Assembly: GCA_963662665.2 (NCBI GenBank)
Contig: CAXXJS010000010.1
Span: 128,001 to 192,000 of the forward strand
Length of the DNA stretch: 64,000 bases
From: Candidatus Latescibacterota bacterium
Lineage (GTDB): Bacteria; Latescibacterota; UBA2968; GCA-2709665
Direction: 5' to 3'
In this document: one piece after another, positions 40,082-49,659 of the stretch
Layout of the letters: each line of letters opens with the position of its first letter
Position numbering within the stretch: the first letter of the stretch is position 1
The notes under the pieces: generated by a model
Databases searched by the model: none
What the model was told of the DNA's origin: nothing
The model's input: the letters and a program-made list of their open reading frames with translations, nothing else
Position numbers and translations under genes: made by a program

Positions 40082-41785
40082 ATGGTTAATTCCTTTACCG
40101 AAGAAATCGTATCGCAGGTGACACAAGCGACCGGCATGCACCCCGATGAGGTAAGGGCGCTTATCGAGGTACCTCCAAAACCCACGCTGGGGGACTACAC
40201 CCTTCCGTGCTTCAGACTTGCAAAATCGCTGAGAAAGCCGCCGAATCAGATCGCCGCGGATCTTGGCGAACGGGTAAGGACGGGTGGACGCATCGCCCGT
40301 GTCAGGGCCGAGGGCCCATATCTGAATTTCTTCGTTGACCAGACCGAATATGTGCGGGAGACACTTTCGGAAATTCTCGACGGGGGCGAGCAATTCGGCC
40401 GGAGCGACGAAGGCGCGGGGAAGACGGTCGTGATCGATTTTTCGTCACCTGACATCTCCAAACCATTCACCGTAGGTCACATCCGTTCCACGGCAATCGG
40501 AAATTCGCTCTGCAGGATTTACAGGACCCTTGGTTGGAACGTGCGTGGGATTAACCACCTTGGCGACTGGGGCGCCAAGCAGGGAATGAATATCGCGGCG
40601 TACAAACGCTGGGGAGATGAAAACGCAGTTCGCAGGAATCCTCCCTATGAGCTTTTTAACCTGTACGTCAGATTCAATGCCGAGTTGGAACGGGATCCGT
40701 CTCTCAGAGACGACGTGAAGGACTGGACCAGGAAGCTGGAGGCGGGCGATCCCGACGCAATCCGCCTGTGGAGCTGGTTCCGTGAGGAGACCTTGAAGGA
40801 CTTCAAGCGAATTTATGAACTGTTGGACGTGGAATTCAGCGAATACGCGGGTGAGAGCTTCTTTCACGATAAGGTGGCGCCGGTTATCGATGAACTTAAG
40901 GCGAAGCGGCTGGCCGTGGAGAGTGAGGGCGCCCTCGTGGTGATGCTGGACGATGAAGATATGCCTCCCGCCATTATTCAGACCGGCCATGATACCAGCG
41001 TTTATCTCACACGTGATCTGGCCGCGGCGATTTACCGCAAGGATACCTACGACTTCGATCGGTTGATCTACACGACCGACGCGGGACAGTCCCTGCATTT
41101 TCGCCAGCTATTCAAGGTGCTGGAACGGATGGGTTATGCCTGGGCGAAAGACTGTGTTCACGTCCCGTTCGGTATTATTGCCTTCAAAGATGGAAGGATG
41201 TCTTCGCGCAGGGGCAACGTGATTTTCCTCGAGGATGTGTTGAACCGCGCGATCGAGCTGACACGGGATATCATAGAGGATAAGAATCCGGATCTCCCCA
41301 ACAAAGAAGGGATCGCAAGGGACGTGGGCATCGGTGCGGTGGTCTACGCGGATCTCGATTCCCGCCGGATGCGGGACGTGGTGTTCGACTGGGATGAAAT
41401 CCTGAATTTCAACGGAGAAACCGGCCCCTACGTTCAATACACCCATGCCCGCTATTGCAGTGTATTGCGCAGATATGAAGGCGCCCTGCCGCCGTCCGAG
41501 GCAGACCTTTCTCTGTTAAGGGAACCGGAATCCGTGGCAGTGGTGAGGTGCCTGGAACGGTACCCGGCGCGAATCCGGAGCGCGGCCGAGGCCTGCGAGC
41601 CGTCTCTGATTGCCGGATTTCTGATCGAACTCTGTACAGAGGCGAACCGGTTTTACAACGCCCATCGTGTTATATCGGACGACCTGACCCTGACGCGGGC
41701 GCGTGTCGCTCTGGTCTATTCCATCACGGTCGTTCTTGCTGCCGGCCTTCATCTGCTGGGGTTGCGGGCGCCGGAGGAAATGTGA
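40082..41785 (+). CDS. argS: Arginine--tRNA ligase
   Basis: DFSSPD..KP..VGHIRS, NHLGDWG, MSSRRG, GPYVQY.HAR, C-terminal PEEM. Confidence 0.97.
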   Translation: MVNSFTEEIVSQVTQATGMHPDEVRALIEVPPKPTLGDYTLPCFRLAKSLRKPPNQIAADLGERVRTGGRIARVRAEGPYLNFFVDQTEYVRETLSEILDGGEQFGRSDEGAGKTVVIDFSSPDISKPFTVGHIRSTAIGNSLCRIYRTLGWNVRGINHLGDWGAKQGMNIAAYKRWGDENAVRRNPPYELFNLYVRFNAELERDPSLRDDVKDWTRKLEAGDPDAIRLWSWFREETLKDFKRIYELLDVEFSEYAGESFFHDKVAPVIDELKAKRLAVESEGALVVMLDDEDMPPAIIQTGHDTSVYLTRDLAAAIYRKDTYDFDRLIYTTDAGQSLHFRQLFKVLERMGYAWAKDCVHVPFGIIAFKDGRMSSRRGNVIFLEDVLNRAIELTRDIIEDKNPDLPNKEGIARDVGIGAVVYADLDSRRMRDVVFDWDEILNFNGETGPYVQYTHARYCSVLRRYEGALPPSEADLSLLREPESVAVVRCLERYPARIRSAAEACEPSLIAGFLIELCTEANRFYNAHRVISDDLTLTRARVALVYSITVVLAAGLHLLGLRAPEEM

Positions 41786-42339
41786 GTCAGACCGCGCATT
41801 CTTCTCCGTTGCGGGGCAGGCAGATATTTCTGACCGGGTTCATGGCGACCGGCAAGAGCAAGATCGGGCCAATTCTGGCTGTCCGCCTGGGTCGGATATT
41901 CGTCGATACGGATGCGTTGATCGAGAACGCGGCCGGAAAGTCGATACCCCGGATCTTCGCTGAAGACGGAGAACCCGCCTTCCGTCGTATCGAGCACAGT
42001 TGCGTGGTGCGGGCGGCCGGGATGCGGGAGGCCGTGATTGCTCTGGGCGGCGGCGCGGTCACGCACGAGATGAACTGGGATACGATTCGCGCATCCGGTG
42101 TGTGCCTGTGCCTGAGGGCTTCGCCGGCGACCATCTTCGCGCGCCTGCGCAGGACAGAGGGCGAACGGCCGCTGATGGCCGGATTGAACGACGAAGACCG
42201 GATGGAAAAGATCCGGTCGATGCTGGCCGCCCGGGCCCCGTTTTACGACCGAGCGGATGCATTCGTGGAGTCGACGGAGCGCCGCACGCCGGAAGAGACC
42301 GTTGAACTGGCAGTATCGGCATTGAAATCCTTGAACTGA
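41782..42339 (+). CDS. aroK: Shikimate kinase
   Basis: GFMATGKS, DTD, GE.AFR, GGG, RPL; GTG start overlaps argS stop. Confidence 0.95.
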   Translation: MSQTAHSSPLRGRQIFLTGFMATGKSKIGPILAVRLGRIFVDTDALIENAAGKSIPRIFAEDGEPAFRRIEHSCVVRAAGMREAVIALGGGAVTHEMNWDTIRASGVCLCLRASPATIFARLRRTEGERPLMAGLNDEDRMEKIRSMLAARAPFYDRADAFVESTERRTPEETVELAVSALKSLN

Positions 42340-42365
42340 AATAGCGGTTTGGAAGGCAAATTCGT

Positions 42366-43502
42366 ATGGCATCTGGGGTCGTACAGAACGGTATGCGGAC
42401 CGTGCGGGTCGACTTGGGGAATCGCAGTTATCCGATCCTGATCGGTCACGGGATTCTGTCCGGATTCGGCGAGGCGTACGCGGCGGCCGGATTGGGATCG
42501 ACCGCGGCGATAATTACCAACCCGACGGTGGCGCCGCTCTACCTGGATCCCTTAAGGGCCGGTCTCGTGGCACAGGGTGTTGCCGTGACGGTGATGGAGA
42601 TTCCGGATGGTGAGGAATTCAAGACCCTGGAGACGGTAGAGAGCATATATGGCAAACTGATTGGTGCCGGCCTGGATCGGCGCAGTTGTATCGTAACGCT
42701 GGGGGGCGGTGTTGTGGGAGACACGGCCGGGTTCGCGGCGGCGACGTATCTGCGCGGAATCGATTTCGTGCAAGTCCCCACCACCCTGGAGGCGCAGGTC
42801 GATGCCAGCGTGGGGGGAAAGACCGGGGTAGATCACCCGCTGGGAAAGAATATGATCGGGGCGTTTCATCAGCCAAAGCTGGTCTATGTCGACACGGAAA
42901 CACTGATGACCCTGCCGAGGCGGGAGGTGGTTGCCGGGTTGGCTGAGGTGATCAAGCACGGACTGATCCGCGACGCGGGACTCTTCGAAGTCCTGGAGAA
43001 AACGATCGAGAATGTGGTGGATCTCGTGATGGAACCGGAACAGCTGGTCAGATTAATCGCACGAAACTGCCGCATCAAGGCGGACGTCGTGGCGGCGGAT
43101 GAGACCGAGGCCGGATTGAGGGAAATCCTCAACTATGGTCACACGGTTGGCCACGCCATAGAGGCGGCGACGAATTACACGGTTTACAAACACGGAGAGG
43201 CCGTCTTGCTGGGCATGATCGCCGCCGGTAGAATCGGGGTTATCAAGGGGTTCTGGAAATCCGCGGAATTTGAACGGCAGAATGCGCTAATAGGAAGACT
43301 CGGAATTCCGTCCGGCGTTGGCCGCCTCGAAGCCGACGAACTGCTGGGGCGAATGGCGAGCGACAAGAAAGCGCGGGACGGGGTTATCCGGTTTGTCCTG
43401 CCGGAGACGATCGGCCGTGTGGTGTCGTGCGACACCGTGAATAAACAGGAAATCGAGGCCGGGATTCGCTATATGCAGGAACGCTCTCCCGAACCGGTCT
43501 GA
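42366..43502 (+). CDS. aroB: 3-dehydroquinate synthase
   Basis: GGGVVGD..GF.AA..LRG, VDASVGGKTG, KNMIGAF, LNYGHT.GHA. Confidence 0.98.
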   Translation: MASGVVQNGMRTVRVDLGNRSYPILIGHGILSGFGEAYAAAGLGSTAAIITNPTVAPLYLDPLRAGLVAQGVAVTVMEIPDGEEFKTLETVESIYGKLIGAGLDRRSCIVTLGGGVVGDTAGFAAATYLRGIDFVQVPTTLEAQVDASVGGKTGVDHPLGKNMIGAFHQPKLVYVDTETLMTLPRREVVAGLAEVIKHGLIRDAGLFEVLEKTIENVVDLVMEPEQLVRLIARNCRIKADVVAADETEAGLREILNYGHTVGHAIEAATNYTVYKHGEAVLLGMIAAGRIGVIKGFWKSAEFERQNALIGRLGIPSGVGRLEADELLGRMASDKKARDGVIRFVLPETIGRVVSCDTVNKQEIEAGIRYMQERSPEPV

Positions 43503-43531
43503 AATTCGCCGCGGCCTGACGGTCATCGGCT

Positions 43532-44035
43532 TCAACGGGTCAATCGTTCGATGATGGAATGGTGTTCGGGAAAACTCCCTGTCAGGTCTGCACGATTCGC
43601 CAGCACAAAGTCCTCGAATTCGAAACCTGGAGCAACCGTCCCGCCCACGAGCGCATACGAATCGGGCTCGTTCAGCGTAGCGCCGTACCAGCAGCCCGCG
43701 TTGATGACCGCCGCGAACGATTCATCGTTTTCGAGGTTGTTACCGAGCAGAATTCGGTTGTATTTTCCGCATTGGCCAATGGTGTGGATGGTGATGGACG
43801 ATCCCTCATAGAAGTGCCAGATTTCGTCGGATTGAATGCGGTGGAGGGCGGAAAAGTCGTCACCCTCAAGCAGGAAGTAGATCGCGGTTGAAAACGGCCG
43901 GGGACCATTGAACCGCTCCGGGAGGGCGTGGGCCCCAATGGTCTCGTCCGAACGGTAAATCTCCCGGTAATAGCCACCCTCGGGATGCTTCTTAAGATTC
44001 AGCTTTGAAATCCAGTAGTCGGCGTTCCGGCTCAT
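43532..44035 (-). CDS. Cupin domain protein (Cupin_5/YML079W-like)
   Basis: HPEGGYY, TAIYFLL, HRI.SDE.WHFY.G, VAPGF.FEDF. Confidence 0.9.
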   Translation of the reverse strand: MSRNADYWISKLNLKKHPEGGYYREIYRSDETIGAHALPERFNGPRPFSTAIYFLLEGDDFSALHRIQSDEIWHFYEGSSITIHTIGQCGKYNRILLGNNLENDESFAAVINAGCWYGATLNEPDSYALVGGTVAPGFEFEDFVLANRADLTGSFPEHHSIIERLTR

Positions 44036-44059
44036 TGCAATTGGAAAAACGTCTGGTTC

Positions 44060-44090
44060 AGGGGCGAGGCGACCTCGCCCCTTTTTCTTT
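44060..44090 (+). terminator. Hairpin/terminator between cupin and mnmA
   Basis: AGGGGCGAGG-CGA-CCTCGCCCCT followed by TTTTCTTT on the plus strand. Confidence 0.6.
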
Positions 44091-44153
44091 ATGGAAAACG
44101 ATCGGTTGACGATATCAGTACCGAGGATGGAAACAAGGCGTGTGGATAGGTGC

Positions 44154-45206
44154 TTATGCGATCGCGCCACGCCCCAGACAAATGTCATCATCGTAAAAGA
44201 CGGCCGATTGTCCGGCGGCCACACCCTGGTCCTTTTCCGACATGCGAACGTTCAGCCGGTTTTCGCCGGCGGGTGTGATGAGACAAGGGACAGTCCGTGG
44301 GCCGTGTCGGATTTTGACGTGAACGTCGCGACGATCGGGGGCGCCGGAGATCCAGTTCAGATTTGAAACCGTGAAACGACTCGACGCCCTGTTCGCCAGG
44401 TTTGTCTTGTGGGACACGTAGACAACGTTGCCTTCCGTCTCTTTCCCGACCACGTACCAGGGGCCCGCGGCAAGGCCCAGGCCTTCGCGCTGACCGATGG
44501 TGTAAAACCAGTAACCCCGATGACGGCCGAGCCGGACGCCCGACTCCTGTTCAACGATATCACCGGGCGTTTCTCCCAGATGCGCCCTGACAAAGTCGGT
44601 ATAGCTGATTTTTCCCAGAAAGCAGATGCCCTGGCTGTCTTTGCGGTTGTGATTGGGCAGAGCGATGCTCCGTGCGTGTTCGCGGACCTGCGGTTTGGTG
44701 AGGTGTCCGATGGGGAAACAAGCGCGTTTGAGCTGCGCCTGGCAGAGCGCGGAAAGAAAATAGGTCTGGTCCTTGACGGGATCCGGCGCACGTTTCAGAT
44801 AGCACGTACCGTCTATTTCATCGATTCGCGCATAGTGCCCCGATGCGACTTTGTGATAACTGCGATCGATTCGGGCAGCGAACTCGCCGAATTTGATACG
44901 CCGATTGCAGACGATGTCCGGACTGGGGGTCCGCCCTGCTCTGAGTTCGGACACGGCGTGCGTGACCACCCGGTCCAGGTATTCGGCCTGAAGAGGGACA
45001 ATCCGGAGCGGCACGCCGGCCTGTTCGCAGACAGCGCGCGCGTACTTGAGGTCTTCCTCCCAGGGACAGTCGCCCAGGAAGGCAAGTTCTTCCTCCAGCC
45101 AGACCTTGAGATAGAAGGCGGTGACGTCGTGGCGCCCTTCGCTGCACAACAGATTAAGGGCTACTGAGCTGTCAACGCCGCCGGAGAGCAGAAGGGCGAT
45201 TTTCAT
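44154..45206 (-). CDS. mnmA: tRNA 2-thiouridine(34) synthase
   Basis: LSGGVDSS, TPSPD..CN..IKFG, GHYA, KDQTYFL, KDSQGICF, TIGQR.G. Confidence 0.97.
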   Translation of the reverse strand: MKIALLLSGGVDSSVALNLLCSEGRHDVTAFYLKVWLEEELAFLGDCPWEEDLKYARAVCEQAGVPLRIVPLQAEYLDRVVTHAVSELRAGRTPSPDIVCNRRIKFGEFAARIDRSYHKVASGHYARIDEIDGTCYLKRAPDPVKDQTYFLSALCQAQLKRACFPIGHLTKPQVREHARSIALPNHNRKDSQGICFLGKISYTDFVRAHLGETPGDIVEQESGVRLGRHRGYWFYTIGQREGLGLAAGPWYVVGKETEGNVVYVSHKTNLANRASSRFTVSNLNWISGAPDRRDVHVKIRHGPRTVPCLITPAGENRLNVRMSEKDQGVAAGQSAVFYDDDICLGRGAIA

Positions 45207-45486
45207 GGCTCTAATCGGCACTCGGCCAGTGGTTCGATTGTTTTCAAATCTGCACGACCCGACACGATCCCAACCAGATGCTCCGTATGGAATCTGTCCG
45301 CGACACGATCAACGGGACGATGTTCTTCGATGATGAGGTCGTCAAGGGTGATGCCGTTGTCCGGATCCCCCGGGGCGGGTAGGGGTCCCGTCCCGTTTGT
45401 CCATCCGGACGGCATAAGGAAGATCGCCGTATCCGGCGTGCGCGATAAAACGGGTTGAAGGATGTAAGAGATCCGGTCTTCCTGCT

Positions 45487-46401
45487 TTATTCCATGAGAA
45501 TCTGTTTCTCAATGTCCAGTCCCACCCGGTTGCTCCAGGCAGCTATCATATCTCTGTAAAGCGGGCCGGGCTTACCGCTTCCAACGGGTACGTTGTTGAA
45601 TATTGTGCAGGGGGCGATGCAATATGGCGTGGTGGTCAGCCATGCTTCATCGGCGTTGGCAACGTCGTATGGCTGGAGGTCCTTTTCAATCCAGTGCAGA
45701 CCGAGGTCGGCTGCCAGTTCCTTGACCGTGAGGAGGCTGACGCCCTGAAGAATGTTCCGCGTGGTAGGGGAGTAGATTGTGCGGTCCACAACGATGACAA
45801 AGTTGGATCCGGCGCACTCCGTGACGTTTCCGTCCAGGTCCAGTAGTAGCGTTATCGCTTCCGGGTCTACCGCGTGGGTCTGCTGGTCGGCCAGCCACCA
45901 GTGCAGGCGGGACCGGTTCTTGGACTTTGGGTCCAGGCATTGGGGCGGAACGTGACGCACGGACGGAGTGACAACGTGGGCGCCAGCTTCGAAGAGATGA
46001 CGCCAGACGCGGAAGGGCAGCGGAAAGGAGTGGATACAGACGGTTGGCGTTAGGCGCACGCTCCCCGCGGCGCTTCCCGCATAGATTTCGTTCTCACCCG
46101 CCGTGATGAAATGTACAATCCCGAGGTCGGCTTCAGGTCCGATCAATTCACGATTGGTTTCAATGAGTTCGAGGGTTTTCTCCCGCATGTCGTTCCGCGT
46201 CAGCTGTGGTTGAATGCCGGTGTATTTGCACGATCGGAAGAGCCGGTCCAGGTGATCGTCCAGGCGAAACGGCGCGTGGGCGAAGGTGCGGGTCATTTCG
46301 GTGAGCGTGGCGCCCAGAATGATGCCCAGGTCGTAGATCTTGATTGCGGCCCGGGAGGCGGGCACGAAATCTCCGTTGAGGTAGACGATGGGTTCCTTCA
46401 T
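45487..46401 (-). CDS. PLP-dependent aminotransferase class IV (BCAT/ADC-lyase family)
   Basis: YLNG.FVP, HLDRL, E..GSN, ILQG.S, ADEAWLT. Confidence 0.88.
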   Translation of the reverse strand: MKEPIVYLNGDFVPASRAAIKIYDLGIILGATLTEMTRTFAHAPFRLDDHLDRLFRSCKYTGIQPQLTRNDMREKTLELIETNRELIGPEADLGIVHFITAGENEIYAGSAAGSVRLTPTVCIHSFPLPFRVWRHLFEAGAHVVTPSVRHVPPQCLDPKSKNRSRLHWWLADQQTHAVDPEAITLLLDLDGNVTECAGSNFVIVVDRTIYSPTTRNILQGVSLLTVKELAADLGLHWIEKDLQPYDVANADEAWLTTTPYCIAPCTIFNNVPVGSGKPGPLYRDMIAAWSNRVGLDIEKQILME

Positions 46402-46954
46402 TTTCTCGCTCTGGATGCAAGATGACAACTATCGTCACCATGGGTGTTCATCCTGCCGTTTCCTCCGTGATATCGGCACCGGAGTCTGATTTGGATTTTA
46501 ACGGGAAACGGAAGGTGAGGAGTTGGGAAATACGGACGCCCAACATCTTTCAATTAATATACCGGATGGGTGACGTCAAGACAAACGGAAAGGGATTTTT
46601 CGGGGTCAGAAGGAGGAAGGCATGCTTCACGGCCCTGGGCATTTGTTGCCCACGATGCAGAGAAAGACGCCACCGGATTTACAGATGATGCCTCAGCCGC
46701 TTAAGGTGTTCAGGGCGTGAGGCGTCGGGGGCAAATCAATCAGCTTGGTCATTCGTGACGGATAGAACCCGGACGAACGGCATTGAGTCCTTCTCGTCAC
46801 TTTTGAGGCGCGGTTACTACGGGAATGTACTACGAGATGAACATCCAGAACCTTGTTTGTTATATCTATGAATCATGCGGACGGTACAACGTCCGTTGTG
46901 TCGATACAGCCGTACATGGGAGTCTTGTAATCTCTGGCATAGTTGGCAAGAAAA

Positions 46955-47248
46955 TCAGGTGCCACGCTTCGGCGACTTGAAATTGCGAATGAGTTTGAGT
47001 CTTTGGAGATCTGATTCAGTCCATCTGGCTTGATCTATCAACAGTCTTTCCAAGAAACCTACGTTATAGGTTTTTTTGGGATGATAGTGAATGGTTATAT
47101 ACTTCCTGTGTTCGTACTCCAATTTGCTGAATGCTCGTGCGCCTCCTCTCTTTAATTCTTCTTGCCATCCATCCCTTTTGAGCGCTTGGATAATTTGTCT
47201 TGCCGTAACGTTTCTCAATTGGCTGCGAGTAGCTCTTGAGTAGGCCAT
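46955..47248 (-). CDS. hicA: HicA-family toxin
   Basis: R.IIQALKRDGW...ITIHYHP basic dsRBD-like pattern; adjacent to hicB-like gene. Confidence 0.7.
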   Translation of the reverse strand: MAYSRATRSQLRNVTARQIIQALKRDGWQEELKRGGARAFSKLEYEHRKYITIHYHPKKTYNVGFLERLLIDQARWTESDLQRLKLIRNFKSPKRGT

Positions 47249-47601
47249 GGCATCGTTGTCCAATCACTCGAACCTGAATATGGTTCAGGATTGCCAAATC
47301 TCGAAAATCCCATATTCGCATTGCGATGCAACTCAATTGTCAAATCTGGTCCAACTGGAAGAGGGTCACCATTTTTGGCAAGTGCCATCAGGTAGACAAG
47401 AATGCCATTTTCGACGCGACTCTTGACCTGTTTTATTGTATCTCCGTCGATAATTAATCCTGGAAGTGCCGGTGCCGTGGCAAAGTATTTATCGTCGTCT
47501 TTTTCCATAACGATTCTAACGGAGATCTTGTAACCAATATCGTCAATATGCTCTCCCCCTGCGCGTTTCCGACGCCGCTTCGGGAATCTCAGGATCGACA
47601 T
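47215..47601 (-). CDS. hicB: HicB-family antitoxin
   Basis: EKDDDKYFATAPALPG..DGDT...G..LP partial RNase H fold pattern. Confidence 0.78.
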   Translation of the reverse strand: MSILRFPKRRRKRAGGEHIDDIGYKISVRIVMEKDDDKYFATAPALPGLIIDGDTIKQVKSRVENGILVYLMALAKNGDPLPVGPDLTIELHRNANMGFSRFGNPEPYSGSSDWTTMPWPTQELLAAN

Positions 47602-47679
47602 GACAGTTACCCCTTGTGCTTGATCAATTCCAGCCAAGAAAAATGTTTTTCACACACTCTTTCTTAGATACAGCTTACA

Positions 47680-47708
47680 ATAGTAACAAGAGTTGCAATT
47701 CCAGTCAA
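47680..47708 (-). promoter_or_regulatory. Promoter of hicBA
   Basis: TTGACT-N17-TACTAT on the minus strand. Confidence 0.6.
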
Positions 47709-47857
47709 GTCTACACAACATGAACGTCATATTAGTTCGCTTCTTGCGTGTATGTCAAGAACAATAACGTGTACCGTTGCAAATGTATCCCCTTCCTTTC
47801 CGCAAGAATATCAATAGCTGCCTTCGCGCGGGCATCTCCTCGGCGGTCGCCCGTACG

Positions 47858-49393
47858 TTACATCCAGAGATTCCGGTCCAGACTGCGGTACTGAATGGCC
47901 TCCCCGACGTGCTGAGGTTTGATTTCAGATTCCTCCTCCAGGTCCGCAATGGTGCGGCTGACTTTCAGGATGCGGTCATAGGCGCGTGCGGACAGGCCGA
48001 GTTTTGTAATTGCCATTTTCAGGAGTTCCTTGCCTTTGCCGTCGACTCTGCAATATTGTCGAATCTCCGCGGACCCCATGTGCGCATTGCAGAACAGGTG
48101 TTTTTTCTCCTGGAAGCGATGAAGTTGTACCTGGCGCGCCGCGTTCACCACTTCACGAATGGCGTGGGATGATTCTCCGCCGGGTTCATCGGCGAGTTCA
48201 GTGTAGTCAACTCCCGGTACTTCAATGTGAATGTCGATGCGGTCAAGGAGTGGACCGGAAATCCGGGCCATATACCGCTGTATGATCGGCGGGGAACACG
48301 TGCATTCGTTCTTGGGATCGCCGAAGTATCCGCAGGGACACGGGTTCAGGGCGCATGCGAGCATGAATTGGGCCGGGTAGGTCAGAGAGACCATGGCGCG
48401 GGCAATGGTGACGAATCCGTCCTCGATAGGTTGCCGGAGAACCTCGAGGACATGCTTCTTGAACTCGGGAAGCTCGTCCAGGAAGAGAACCCCGTGGTGT
48501 GCAAGGGAGACTTCGCCAGGTCGCGGGTGAGGTCCGCCGCCGATCAGGCCGGCGTCAGAGATAGTGTGGTGAGGCGAACGGAACGGCCGGATGGCCACCA
48601 GTGTGGTATCCGGAGGCAGCAATCCGGCCACGGAGTGTATTTTGGTGGCTTCGAGGGCTTCATCCAGCGTCAGGTCCGGCAGGATGGTGGGGAGGCGGCG
48701 GGTGAGCATGGTCTTGCCGGAACCGGGCGGACCGATCATAATAATGTTATGGCCGCCGCTGGCCGCTACCTCCAGGGCGCGCTTGGCATGCACCTGGCCC
48801 CTGACGTCGCGGAAATCGATGCGGTAGTCCAGAGCCTGGCTGAAGATCTGGTCGATATCCACCTGGAGTGGCGGAACGGCCCTATAGCCTTCGAGGAAGT
48901 CCAGTGTCTCCATCAGGTCGCCGACCGGATGGACGTCGATGCCGCCCGCAATGGCACCCTCGCGTGCATTTTCCCGAGGCAGGATCATGCCCTTCAGACC
49001 TGCCTGGCGGGTCTCGACCGCCATCGGCAGAGCGCCCCGGATCGGTCGGACGGCCCCGTCAAGAGCAAGTTCTCCGAGAATCGCGTATTGGGATAGGATT
49101 TCAGGCGAGATGTCCCCGGCAGCGGCGAGGATGCTTACGGCAATGGGCAAGTCGAAGGCCGAGCCTTCCTTACGGATATCCGCAGGAGCGAGATTGACGG
49201 TTACACGACGATTTGGAAACGACCGGCCGGTGTTCTTGATGGCGGCGGTCACACGATCCCGGCTTTCCTTGACGGCGTTGTCGGGCAGACCTACCACCGA
49301 GAATGCGGGTAACTGGTAGTCCAGATCAGTTTCAATGCGAACGATATAGGCGTCAATACCCAGAGTGGCGCAACTCAACACGCGGGACATCAT
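47858..49393 (-). CDS. comM: YifB/ComM Mg-chelatase-like AAA+ ATPase
   Basis: VGLPD..VKES..RV, NLAPAD..KEG..FDLPIA, GPPGSGKT, PFRSPHH, LFLDELPEF, NPCPCG. Confidence 0.95.
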   Translation of the reverse strand: MMSRVLSCATLGIDAYIVRIETDLDYQLPAFSVVGLPDNAVKESRDRVTAAIKNTGRSFPNRRVTVNLAPADIRKEGSAFDLPIAVSILAAAGDISPEILSQYAILGELALDGAVRPIRGALPMAVETRQAGLKGMILPRENAREGAIAGGIDVHPVGDLMETLDFLEGYRAVPPLQVDIDQIFSQALDYRIDFRDVRGQVHAKRALEVAASGGHNIIMIGPPGSGKTMLTRRLPTILPDLTLDEALEATKIHSVAGLLPPDTTLVAIRPFRSPHHTISDAGLIGGGPHPRPGEVSLAHHGVLFLDELPEFKKHVLEVLRQPIEDGFVTIARAMVSLTYPAQFMLACALNPCPCGYFGDPKNECTCSPPIIQRYMARISGPLLDRIDIHIEVPGVDYTELADEPGGESSHAIREVVNAARQVQLHRFQEKKHLFCNAHMGSAEIRQYCRVDGKGKELLKMAITKLGLSARAYDRILKVSRTIADLEEESEIKPQHVGEAIQYRSLDRNLWM

Positions 49394-49659
49394 ACGGACC
49401 TCCTCGGAGCCTGTGAGGAACGCATCTGAACTCCGTGGAAGCGTGTTGTTCTGCAAGGAGTCCGGTGGTGGTGAAGCGAATCCCCGACAAGCCATAATAA
49501 CGCAAAGGCCGTGCCAGAGAAGTCGGATACACCTAACTTGCTGTACGAAAAAGAGATGGGGATGACGACAGGAGCAATGGAGGGAACGTTGGGAAAGGGA
49601 TTTTCAACGATCGGCGATGGGTTTGAACAAAATGTCGTTCGACCGGACCTGCCGACACC

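Noticed and set aside
45203-45415. 70-aa ORF between mnmA and the class IV aminotransferase
   Set aside because: No recognisable motif or RBS; cannot be supported as a gene or pseudogene.
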